Source: Patescibacteria group bacterium (lineage in GTDB: Bacteria > Patescibacteriota > Patescibacteriia > Buchananbacterales > UBA6539). Taken from it: a DNA stretch of 64,000 nt. The translations under genes were made by a program, and so were the position numbers. Location: the NCBI GenBank assembly GCA_041662625.1, contig JBAZSB010000001.1, forward strand, positions 471,093 to 535,092, written 5' to 3'. This document shows positions 48,897 through 57,769 of this stretch, one piece after another. The notes under the pieces are model-generated. The model made no database searches, was not told the origin of the DNA, and was given only the letters and a program-made list of their open reading frames with translations. The stretch's first letter is position 1. Every line of letters starts with the position of its first letter.

Positions 48897-49346
48897 CTAT
48901 TCGTTATTTCCCTTGATTGGACTTTCACCACTCGCTGGCTGGCATTCACCGCGATAAAAAGCCCATTCATCACATTCTGAACCGTCGCTAAACTTACATA
49001 TACCGGACTGGCTGCCGTCATCGGCGGTTTTAATTTCCACTGTGCCGCCCTTCTGCTCACAGTTGACTGAAGCGGGGTTAGCTATTCCTACCGGCGTTTG
49101 CGGCATAATAGTTGGCTCGGTGGTCGTACCGGGATGGCATTTGACACCTTTGCATTGAGCGGTCGGACATTCAGCAAACTCACAATTTGGCCCTTGTCGC
49201 CCGACAGATGAACCATCAGAACAAATCTTTGCTTCCATAGTACATGCCCCTCTTCCGTCCTCCTCAACCTTGACGAACGGATTAATGGTGCAGCCTGCCA
49301 AAATTAATAATCCTACTACGGCTAATAAAAAAGTAATTTTTTTCAT
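48897..49346 (-). CDS. Lipoprotein with DUF333 domain
   Basis: LAGC; CTMEAKICSDG; IANPASVNCEQKGG..CDEWAFYRGEC. Confidence 0.85.
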   Translation of the reverse strand: MKKITFLLAVVGLLILAGCTINPFVKVEEDGRGACTMEAKICSDGSSVGRQGPNCEFAECPTAQCKGVKCHPGTTTEPTIMPQTPVGIANPASVNCEQKGGTVEIKTADDGSQSGICKFSDGSECDEWAFYRGECQPASGESPIKGNNE

Positions 49347-49391
49347 GGGTTTATAGTTAACTGTTAAATGTTAATGGTTAACTGTTAATTG

Positions 49392-50822
49392 TTAGTCAGC
49401 CATAGCTGTATCAAAGCCTTCCTCGGCTTCAACGCCTTTGGCTAAATCAATGTTAGCTTCCTTTAAGGCTTTCTTACTGGCTGGACTGGGTGCACCCATC
49501 ATCAAATCGCGGCTGTCGCCAGTTTTGGGAAAAACTATGACTTCGCGAATATTGGGTTCATTTTGTAAAATCGCCATAATCCGATCAATGCCCGGCGCAA
49601 TCCCGCCATGCGGCGGCGCCCCGTAAGTAAAAGCTTCCAGCATATGGCCAAACCTAGCCTGGATTTCTTTTTCCCCGACTCCTAAAAGTTCAAAAACTTT
49701 TTGCTGGACTTCCCGCAGATGAATCCTGATTGAGCCGCCGGCAATTTCAAAACCGTTTAAGACTAAATCATAACCATAGGCCCGCCATTTTCTTGGCTCA
49801 TCCGGGTATTTTTTCATATCTTCCAAGTTTGGCATGGTAAAAGGATGATGACTGGCGACTAATTTCTTTTCAGTTTCGGAATATTTAAACATGGGCGGAT
49901 CAATCAGCCACATGAAAGCCACTTCATTGGAATCTTCTTTGTTAGTTCTCAAGTCAGGCTTATCGGTTTTGTATTTTTTCAAACATTCAGCATGGGTCAG
50001 GCGCGGGAACGGTTTAGCCGTGATTTTCTTTTCCGGATACAAAGTTTCAACCAGCTTAATCATCATCGGTTCCATTAACGAAAATATATCTTCTTGATCA
50101 ACAAAACTCATTTCTAAGTCCAGCTGAGTAAATTCCGCCTGGCGGTCACCGCGGGTATCTTCATCACGAAAGCAGCGGGCAATCTGAAAATATTTTTCCG
50201 CACCGCCAACCATCAGTAATTGCTTAAATTGCTGGGGTGACTGGGGCAAGACATAAAATTGGCCTGGCCAAAGCCGGGCAGGCACTAAAAATTCTCTGGC
50301 CCCTTCCGGCGTGCCTTTGGTTAAAATTGGCGTTTCCACTTCCAAGAAACCCTGCTGATCCAAATAATCACGGATAAATTTGACCACCCGATGGCGCATG
50401 ATCATGTTATTTTTCATCCGTTCCGACCGCAAATCCAAATAGCGGTATTTCAACCGAATTTCCTCGCTGACTTGGCTGGTATCTTTATCTAATTCAAAAG
50501 GTGGAGTTTTTGCCTCATTTAGAATTTCCAATTCCTCCCCTCTCATCTCTACGGTGCCAGTGGCAATCTTTTCATTGACCATATTTTTGGGCCTTTGGTT
50601 GATTGTCCCTTTAATTCTGACTACAAATTCCGACCGCAAGCTATTGGCTAATTTATGAGCCCCTGCAAAAGTCGGCTCAAAAACCACCTGCAAAATGCCG
50701 CTGCGGTCCCGCAGGTCAATAAAAATAATTTTGCCATGATCGCGCCGGGTATGGACCCAACCTCTGACTTCAACCTTCTGCCCAACTTGATTTACTACCT
50801 CTGCGATTGCTGTTCTTGCCAT
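49392..50822 (-). CDS. aspS: Aspartate-tRNA ligase (short, GAD domain absent)
   Basis: RRDHG..FIDLRD, YRYLDLR, LPQSPQQFKQLLM, FRDED, GAPPHGG. Confidence 0.96.
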   Translation of the reverse strand: MARTAIAEVVNQVGQKVEVRGWVHTRRDHGKIIFIDLRDRSGILQVVFEPTFAGAHKLANSLRSEFVVRIKGTINQRPKNMVNEKIATGTVEMRGEELEILNEAKTPPFELDKDTSQVSEEIRLKYRYLDLRSERMKNNMIMRHRVVKFIRDYLDQQGFLEVETPILTKGTPEGAREFLVPARLWPGQFYVLPQSPQQFKQLLMVGGAEKYFQIARCFRDEDTRGDRQAEFTQLDLEMSFVDQEDIFSLMEPMMIKLVETLYPEKKITAKPFPRLTHAECLKKYKTDKPDLRTNKEDSNEVAFMWLIDPPMFKYSETEKKLVASHHPFTMPNLEDMKKYPDEPRKWRAYGYDLVLNGFEIAGGSIRIHLREVQQKVFELLGVGEKEIQARFGHMLEAFTYGAPPHGGIAPGIDRIMAILQNEPNIREVIVFPKTGDSRDLMMGAPSPASKKALKEANIDLAKGVEAEEGFDTAMAD

Positions 50823-51032
50823 AAAAATAATAAAAAATAGGATGAATTAGTACTTATATCATATAATTTTTTGCGATTTCTGGCAACCCTGATACCAAAC
50901 CATTTGGTCTAAAAAGACTTGACAAAAAAAGAAATATAAGTTAGGATAAAAATCTGAACCTTTTTGAGTTGTGTCTTTGTATTTTGTTTTTGCCGGAGAG
51001 GCTAACTGTAATCGGAAAGGAGGTGATTCCGA

Positions 51033-51272
51033 ATGAGTATAACAGTAGCCATACAGTGTAAGGGTGGGGTGGCCCAGTTGATTCGAGCTGCTCTGCAGCA
51101 GCGTTCACCCCTGAGGGTGACCAAAGACCAACTCGAGCAACTCGCCAAAGTGGGCGGAGCCCACATAACCGAAAGGAAGGAGGGACAGCACGATGTTCGA
51201 GTGGTTTCGATACCAGGAGAGGAAGACCAACGCTTGGAATTCCTCGCCCCTGCCGACAGACTCGGCACATGA
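51033..51272 (+). CDS. Orphan small protein (GC-rich cassette)
   Basis: AAGGAGGTGA SD; TTGACA-17-TAGGAT at 50919-50947; hairpin plus T-run after the stop. Confidence 0.6.
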   Translation: MSITVAIQCKGGVAQLIRAALQQRSPLRVTKDQLEQLAKVGGAHITERKEGQHDVRVVSIPGEEDQRLEFLAPADRLGT

Positions 51273-51403
51273 ACATATTCACCCTCCACCAGATGGCCCA
51301 GGACAACGATCATATCGCCTGGGCCTCATTTTTTTTAAAAAAAAATCGCCTCGCCTTGGAAAACTTCCCAAGAGCGAGGCGGTGAAAACATCATACGATA
51401 ACC

Positions 51404-52633
51404 TCAGGCGATTGCCGGCTCCCATTCCGGATCAATACCCATGAAGGCTTTCGTATCTTGGTAGAGCGCACGGCCTACCGTGTCAATGTCGACTTCGTTC
51501 AATGGTGTACCTGCGGCCAACTTGGCCCACACAGTAATAGGGTAAAACCGCACAACATTGGTACCCATTACTGCGACCTCAGTCAACATATCCCCACTGT
51601 TACCGGGGACAAAGACGTCGCAGATGTTGTCGGTGCCGATACGAATCGGAATTCGCCACTTGATTAACTCCAGCAGGCGTGCTACCGAATTGTGCATCGG
51701 CGCCGTAATCGGCCGTAACCGGCGCATCGAAATCGCCGCTGTCGGACAGATGATCACACCGATATTGAGGCGCTTAAGGTCCTTCAGCAGTTGCCGAAAC
51801 TTCTCTTCCGTGTAGGACGACGGGCTGATCATGTGAACGACCCAGATCTTCGGTTTTCCGGAGGCAAACCAATCGATCGCTTTCTGTTCCATGCCGTCTA
51901 TCACGCGGATTAGTCGGATCGTCCCTTCTTCGCTTGGATCATCCGCCTGATCCAGATGGAGATGCACTTCTTTGCGCAACCGGTAGGCAAGCTCCAGAAT
52001 CCGCCGGATGTGCTGTTCAAATCCGATCTTACCGTCTCGGCTACCTCGCACCGAGATATCGAAGTCATCCTTCTCCGGTAAAGCAGTAATGAAATCGGAG
52101 TCCTTGGCCGCTTTGAGATAGGTTTCCCAGCGACCGCTCCCCTGTTTGAAACCGAAGATTGGACTCGGTCCGATCTGCAGATCAATTTGACCTGCGAATT
52201 CAGCCTTAAGCTCGCGCAGAATTCGCCAGGCCAAAAGACCACCTTCGGCAATACCAGGGCACACGTCGCAGCAGGTGCTTAAACGTGTTGTCCCAAAAGC
52301 AATACAACGCCGAAGCACGCGACTTACCCGCTCGCGCAGGTCCTTCTCAGTGTAAGCTGGACCCCGGTGAATGTAACCGACCAGGTTCTGCTTCACGGTC
52401 AGCGGCATAATCGCTGCATCCAACGGATTCAAGCTGATCTGACTCAGATACATCGGGTCAAGCGTATCAGCCCGATCTAGATGAGCATGCCAATTGCTGA
52501 ACCCGCCCAAAGCCTCGACTTGTTCCAAGAGCTGCCGCGAATACGGATCTAGGATCCGATTTGGCAACACGACTGTTCCCTTCTCTGACCGTACTCCTCG
52601 TGCTCCTCTTGCCTTTTTTACACTCTTCACCAT
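51404..52633 (-). CDS. Amidohydrolase, cytosine deaminase-like
   Basis: HAHLD, HLHLDQ, VVH, ICP, GTDN; AAGGAG SD before ATG 52633. Confidence 0.8.
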   Translation of the reverse strand: MVKSVKKARGARGVRSEKGTVVLPNRILDPYSRQLLEQVEALGGFSNWHAHLDRADTLDPMYLSQISLNPLDAAIMPLTVKQNLVGYIHRGPAYTEKDLRERVSRVLRRCIAFGTTRLSTCCDVCPGIAEGGLLAWRILRELKAEFAGQIDLQIGPSPIFGFKQGSGRWETYLKAAKDSDFITALPEKDDFDISVRGSRDGKIGFEQHIRRILELAYRLRKEVHLHLDQADDPSEEGTIRLIRVIDGMEQKAIDWFASGKPKIWVVHMISPSSYTEEKFRQLLKDLKRLNIGVIICPTAAISMRRLRPITAPMHNSVARLLELIKWRIPIRIGTDNICDVFVPGNSGDMLTEVAVMGTNVVRFYPITVWAKLAAGTPLNEVDIDTVGRALYQDTKAFMGIDPEWEPAIA

Positions 52634-52755
52634 GATTTCCTCTCCTTCAATGTTGCTGCCGGGTTTCTTCACTACGACACTGCCACTGCTGTCTTTCCAT
52701 CCTCTCCCAAAAAACTCCTTTCCTCACTACATTTACCATAGACTTCCGCTCCTTC

Positions 52756-53697
52756 TCAATGTTGCTGTTGCTGCCGGGTTTCTTTACTACGACGCCACTC
52801 TTCGAAACTGGAGAAACCGTGTCTCTCCAGCCATTCGCTGATGCCCAAAATGATGCGGGGCATCGCCGAAGCCGGATGGCCGAAGTTGGCTGTGCCAACT
52901 GCCACAGCTTGGGCACCTGCCCAAAAGAACTTCATTGCATCCGCCGCCTCAGTAATGCCACCCATCCCGATGACCGGAATTCTGATGTCAGGGCAATGAC
53001 AGACCTGCCAAACACAACGTAGAGCTACGCGTAGAATTCCAGGACCTGAGACGCCGCCGGTGATGTTAGCCAAAACCGGCTGACCAGTTTCCGGATTGAT
53101 GTCCATGCCCAAAAGCGTGTTGATCAGGGATAAGACATCAGCTCCACCTGCTTGTGCTGCCTTGGCAATAGCCACGATGTCAGTGACGTTGGGCGTCAGT
53201 TTGGCAATCAATGGCACCTTAGCCCGCGACCTGATAGCCGAAACTAACTCATAGGTCAGTTTAGGATCTTGGCCAAACGACATGCCCATCTTCACGTTGG
53301 GGCACGAAATGTTAGCCTCGATCATATCAATGCCCGAACCGTCCAGTCTTGCCGTCAGTTCGACGTATTCCTCAACTGTCGTACCCGAGATATTGACAAC
53401 CACGCGCCGGCCCAAGGCTTTGATTGGCAGCAGCTTACGTGCCAAAAAGTCCTCAATCCCATCTCCGGCCAAACCAATGGCATTCAGTATCACGCCACGG
53501 TTGGTGTCATACAGTCTGGGTGTCGGATTACCGGGAACTGGCTTCAGCTTGACAGTCTTGCTGACGATTGCGCCAGGTTTTGGGTCTTCCAAGAGCTGCT
53601 CGCCCTCTTCGTCCCAAGTGCCGGACGCATTCATGACCGGGTTACCAAGAAGTACACCGGCCAGAGTAGTGCTCAGATCAACTTTACGTGAGTTCAT
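52756..53697 (-). CDS. pyrD: Dihydroorotate dehydrogenase family 1B catalytic subunit
   Basis: NPVMNASGT, GNPTPRL, NAIGL, NISCPN, KLTPN, INT, GGVSG. Confidence 0.93.
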   Translation of the reverse strand: MNSRKVDLSTTLAGVLLGNPVMNASGTWDEEGEQLLEDPKPGAIVSKTVKLKPVPGNPTPRLYDTNRGVILNAIGLAGDGIEDFLARKLLPIKALGRRVVVNISGTTVEEYVELTARLDGSGIDMIEANISCPNVKMGMSFGQDPKLTYELVSAIRSRAKVPLIAKLTPNVTDIVAIAKAAQAGGADVLSLINTLLGMDINPETGQPVLANITGGVSGPGILRVALRCVWQVCHCPDIRIPVIGMGGITEAADAMKFFWAGAQAVAVGTANFGHPASAMPRIILGISEWLERHGFSSFEEWRRSKETRQQQQH

Positions 53698-54484
53698 ACC
53701 AGTTTACCTCCTCTGCCGGAAATACCGGGCCGTCTTTGCAGACGTATTTTGGGAAACCACTTAGCATCGGTACAGCGCACGACTTGCAGGCGTAAATCCC
53801 GCCGCAACCCATCACTTGCTCGATGAACGCCAAACAGCTTACTCCGGCTTCTTGGGCTAAGAGAGCCACCTGCTTCATCATTGGCTTGGGGCCACAAGTG
53901 ATGATCTGGACTTTGTCCGACGACGGCAAACCGTCTCTGCTAAGAATCTCTCGCAGGAGATCGACTGCCGTCTTGCTGTCCTCGGCTTGGGTGACATAGT
54001 TAAAGGTCGCACCGATTCTTTCGAAATCAGCTTGACCAAAAACCTGAGCCCGATTCCGAAAACCACAACCGACAATCACACGCGCAGAAGTCTGCTCATT
54101 GATCTCCCTGGCCGGGAAATGCATCGAGGCCAAACCGCAGCCGCCAGCGATCATCAGAAAACACTCAATCGCTGGATCGATGATTATGCCCTGGCCAATT
54201 GGGCCAAGGATTTCCACATCTTGGCCAGCTTTCCAGCCAGCGTACGCCCGGGTGTTAGGTCCAGCATCCTGAATCACCAGATCAATAACATCATCTCTTC
54301 GTGAGTAGACGGTGAACGGCCGACGGCAGTTCGCCGAAGGTATTCCGGGTTCGATTGTGACAAACTGCCCAGGCTTAACCCTGGCAGCAATTCTCGGACA
54401 ACACAGAGCAGCCTTTACAATCCCTTGGGCTATCTGGGTGACCGATGACACAACCGCCATATCAACTACCTTACTTGCGCTCAT
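53684..54484 (-). CDS. pyrK: Dihydroorotate dehydrogenase electron transfer subunit
   Basis: PGQF, RRPF, GPIG, AGGCG, CGPKPM, MGCG..CKSC..VCKDGPVF. Confidence 0.9.
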   Translation of the reverse strand: MSASKVVDMAVVSSVTQIAQGIVKAALCCPRIAARVKPGQFVTIEPGIPSANCRRPFTVYSRRDDVIDLVIQDAGPNTRAYAGWKAGQDVEILGPIGQGIIIDPAIECFLMIAGGCGLASMHFPAREINEQTSARVIVGCGFRNRAQVFGQADFERIGATFNYVTQAEDSKTAVDLLREILSRDGLPSSDKVQIITCGPKPMMKQVALLAQEAGVSCLAFIEQVMGCGGIYACKSCAVPMLSGFPKYVCKDGPVFPAEEVNWYELT

Positions 54485-54783
54485 TCTATCTCCTCCCTAC
54501 CTCGGTTGAAAATGCCTAAATTGACACAAAAAAAATAGGGCTTCCCCCTATTCCCTAATGGATTGTCAAGGTACTTGACAACCCCCTCCCCAGAATAGTA
54601 TCAGAATCAAGTTGTTTAGTCAAGATCATTATTTTTAGCTATTTCTTAATAATCTAAAGATAAAATACCCAAATTAGTGCTTACAAAAAATGCGGCTTTA
54701 AAGCCGCCGCCTGACGGCTGGAAACCGTCTTTGGGTGTTAAACAACACCTTTTTATCTATCCTAAGGTAAATTAATCTGCATG

Positions 54784-55344
54784 TCAAATCTTCATTTTAA
54801 CTAAAAATTTCTCCGTTTGTAATTCCGCCTCTAACTGATTTTTTAAAAACTGATTTAATTTCTTTGGGTCAGCAGCTATACTGGCATTTGGAGCCAGCCC
54901 TAAAAGTGACAATAATTTAATGATAAAAGCCTGCTTAACCACTCGCCATTCCTTGTCTTTAAATAAATTATCATTGACTACAGATAAATACTTTGCCAAC
55001 AAATTAAAAATATTGCTGTCCGGCTGATCAGTTTCAGTCAATTTATCAACCAGCTCTAAGGCAAAGCTTCCTAAAACAATTTTTTTTAAATCCATACCAA
55101 GGCGGGGAAAATTTGTGACTAAAACTGCTCCGGCAATATGGCTATAGTTTTTTCCCGGCGCAATCATTAAATCAATCAGGCCAAACATTTTCAAACTACT
55201 GTTAAGCTTGCTTTGGATTTTTTTTGTCCCCCGACCCAAAGCTATAACCTTGCCATAGTTTTGGGTGTAGATACTAAAAAGCTGATCAGCTTCAGCGTGA
55301 TCAGTCTTTTTGAGGATTAGGCCAATGGTTTGGTAGGTGGACAT
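54784..55344 (-). CDS. recO: DNA repair protein RecO
   Basis: EADQLFSIYTQNYGKV.ALGRG.KKIQSKL. Confidence 0.88.
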   Translation of the reverse strand: MSTYQTIGLILKKTDHAEADQLFSIYTQNYGKVIALGRGTKKIQSKLNSSLKMFGLIDLMIAPGKNYSHIAGAVLVTNFPRLGMDLKKIVLGSFALELVDKLTETDQPDSNIFNLLAKYLSVVNDNLFKDKEWRVVKQAFIIKLLSLLGLAPNASIAADPKKLNQFLKNQLEAELQTEKFLVKMKI

Positions 55345-55422
55345 ATTAGGAATTTAGGAGGTTAGGAATTTAGGAGGTTAGGGAGATGCGCTTTTATTTC
55401 TAATTCCTAAATTCCTAATTTC

Positions 55423-55857
55423 CTAGTGCCTTATTTTCTTATCTAAGTAACTCTGCAGTATTAACATCGCTGCCACAGCATCATCCGGACCTTTTTTGAC
55501 CAAATCACGCCGCAAGCCGTTAGCCATTTTTGTACTCAAACGCTCATCCTCAACTTCAATTGGCAAATCAAAATTTCCTTTTAGCCAATTAACAAAACTT
55601 AAAACTTCCTGCATTTGTTTATTCTGTAAATCAATCCGCCGCCAAAAAGTTCTTTTATGCCCATTTTGCATACTGACCGGCACACCGATTACAATCTGTT
55701 TGATATTATATTTTTGGCAAATCATTTTTAAGCCGGCCAAAACTTCCGGATTGGTGGTATTGGGCAAAATTTCCAAAGGCAAAGCGAACTTTTGCCCCTC
55801 ATCAGAAACTGCTAAGCCTATTTTTTTAGCACCATAATCAATGCCTAAAATTGCCAT
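55423..55857 (-). CDS. ruvX: RuvX/YqgF pre-16S rRNA nuclease
   Basis: LGIDYG.KKIGLAVSD, DERLST, DAVAA.LILQSYL. Confidence 0.93.
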   Translation of the reverse strand: MAILGIDYGAKKIGLAVSDEGQKFALPLEILPNTTNPEVLAGLKMICQKYNIKQIVIGVPVSMQNGHKRTFWRRIDLQNKQMQEVLSFVNWLKGNFDLPIEVEDERLSTKMANGLRRDLVKKGPDDAVAAMLILQSYLDKKIRH

Positions 55858-55887
55858 AAACTCAATTTTTAATTTTGAATTTCAATT

Positions 55888-55946
55888 TCCCGCCGCAGCG
55901 GGATCCTCAATTTTTCACCAAATCATAGATTTGGGGGAAATCGGGA
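55888..55946. repeat. Double-hairpin insert of the same TCCCG..CGGGA class as the tRNA-Pro inserts
   Basis: TCCCGC-CGCA-GCGGGA-TCC...CCAAATC-ATA-GATTTGG...ATCGGGA. Confidence 0.7.
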
Positions 55947-55973
55947 CAATATTATAATATTCAAAATTCGAAT

Positions 55974-56753
55974 TTAATTAGTGATGGTTATTATCTCATG
56001 TCCATTATTCGTCACGACAATAGTATGCTCAAAATGGGCACCTAAGCTGCCATCAGCCACCACAACGCTCCATTCATCCTCCAGAGTTTTGATTAAATAG
56101 TCACCGGCACTGACCATTGGTTCAATCGCTAAAACCATACCGGCTTTCAGTTCACAATCTTTCTGGCTCTTATCAACATAATTAGGAATTCTTGGATCTT
56201 CATGGACCTGATAACCCACGCCGTGGCCGACCAATTGCCTGATGACGGAAAAACCCTGGGCTTCAACATATTGCTGGATACTACGGGAAATATCCGAGAT
56301 GTGATTGCCCGGCTTAACTTGATCAATCCCTATTTCTAATGATCTTTTGGTCACTTTAATTAATTTCCGGGCCAGTTGGCTGACTTTACCAATCCCAATG
56401 GTTACGGCCATATCTGTAAAAAACCCGCCATCCTTTGGGTATTTCATCCCGATATCAATATTTAAAACATCCCCGGTTTTAAGCTGATAGTTTGAAGCTG
56501 GGGTATGAACGATTTGGTCATTGACTGAAGCGCAGATGGTGGTAGGAAAAGCCGGCTCACCCTGGCGGCTGCGGTAATTCTTAAAAGAAGGGATTCCGCC
56601 CTTCTCTGTAATCAAGTGTTCGGCTAACTGATCTAAATCAATTGTCTTAACGCCGGGTTCAGCTTTTCTGACTAATTCGGCTAAAACTTCGGCCAAAATC
56701 CGGCCGCCTTGGCGCAAAACTTCAATTTCCTCAGGGGTTTTTATAGTAACCAT
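55974..56753 (-). CDS. map: Methionine aminopeptidase type I
   Basis: CASVND..VH, DIG, GHGVG..VHEDP, AIEPM, AHFEHT. Confidence 0.96.
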   Translation of the reverse strand: MVTIKTPEEIEVLRQGGRILAEVLAELVRKAEPGVKTIDLDQLAEHLITEKGGIPSFKNYRSRQGEPAFPTTICASVNDQIVHTPASNYQLKTGDVLNIDIGMKYPKDGGFFTDMAVTIGIGKVSQLARKLIKVTKRSLEIGIDQVKPGNHISDISRSIQQYVEAQGFSVIRQLVGHGVGYQVHEDPRIPNYVDKSQKDCELKAGMVLAIEPMVSAGDYLIKTLEDEWSVVVADGSLGAHFEHTIVVTNNGHEIITITN

Positions 56754-56859
56754 AGTAGTAAATTATAAATGTCAAATTACAAATTTCAAACACTTTGATT
56801 TTGCGTTTAGAATTTGAGATTTAAAATTTGGAATTTGTTTGTTATTTGTAATTTGGAAT

Positions 56860-57492
56860 TTAGAATTTTTTCTTGATGATTTCTTCAACCTGCTGATAGA
56901 CTTCCTCAATCGACTTGGAGCCGTCAACCCGGTGTAAAATACCAGACTTTTCATAAATTGCCAAAAGCGGTTCAGTTTCAGTATGGTAGATTTCCAGCCG
57001 CTTTCGGATTGCGTCCGGTGTATCATCATCACGTTTGAATAACTCACCGCCGCATTTGTCGCAAACCCCCGGACTTTTCGGCGGATTATTCAAAGGATGA
57101 TAGCTCAAACCGCATTTGCAGGCTAAACGGTCAGCCAATCTAGCGATTGCTTCGGCATCAGTTAATTCAATGGCAATAGCCAAATCAATTTTAGTAATCC
57201 CAGCCAAGAATTCAAGCTGGCTTTTATTCCTCGGATAGCCATCCAAAACAAACCCGGTGGCACAATCAGGCTGATGAATCCGGTTTTGGACAATTTCATT
57301 AGTCAGTTCATCGGGCACCAAATGACCGACATTAATATATTCAGCAACTTTTTTACCTAATTCGGTTTGATTTTTTAAGTGATAACGAAAAATATCGCCA
57401 GTGGAAATATAAGGCCAAGCATGCCTTCTGGCGATTAATTCAGCTTGTGTTCCTTTACCTGATCCTTGCGGACCAAAGATTATAATTTTCAT
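56860..57492 (-). CDS. adk: Adenylate kinase
   Basis: GPQGSGKGTQ, STGDIFR, LDGYPRN, LID with Cys. Confidence 0.96.
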   Translation of the reverse strand: MKIIIFGPQGSGKGTQAELIARRHAWPYISTGDIFRYHLKNQTELGKKVAEYINVGHLVPDELTNEIVQNRIHQPDCATGFVLDGYPRNKSQLEFLAGITKIDLAIAIELTDAEAIARLADRLACKCGLSYHPLNNPPKSPGVCDKCGGELFKRDDDTPDAIRKRLEIYHTETEPLLAIYEKSGILHRVDGSKSIEEVYQQVEEIIKKKF

Positions 57493-57498
57493 AATCAT

Positions 57499-57735
57499 TT
57501 ACTTAATCAGCATCAACAAATTCTCCTCATCAAATTCGGAAATTTCACCTTTCTCTCTTAACTCCCCAACTACTTTTTTTATCTCTTCTGCACTCACTCC
57601 CCCATCAATTAGCTCTTTAACTAACGCACCATAGACATTCGGCTGTTCCCGATAATCTAAGCTTTTGATTTGATATAAAGCATCTTTAATCTGCTGTCTG
57701 TTTTTGAAAACTTTTTTGGCAGAAAATAAAGCCAT
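57499..57735 (-). CDS. Hypothetical protein between secY and adk
   Basis: Co-oriented short ORF filling the gap. Confidence 0.6.
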   Translation of the reverse strand: MALFSAKKVFKNRQQIKDALYQIKSLDYREQPNVYGALVKELIDGGVSAEEIKKVVGELREKGEISEFDEENLLMLIK

Positions 57736-57769
57736 AAGTTAACTGTCAAATGTTAACTGTAAACTGTTA

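Noticed and set aside
54685-54755. Possible riboswitch upstream of the pyr operon (three hairpins)
   Set aside because: It lies upstream of the predicted pyr promoter and just after recO, ends in a U-run on the minus strand, and matches no aptamer I recognise. More likely the recO terminator.
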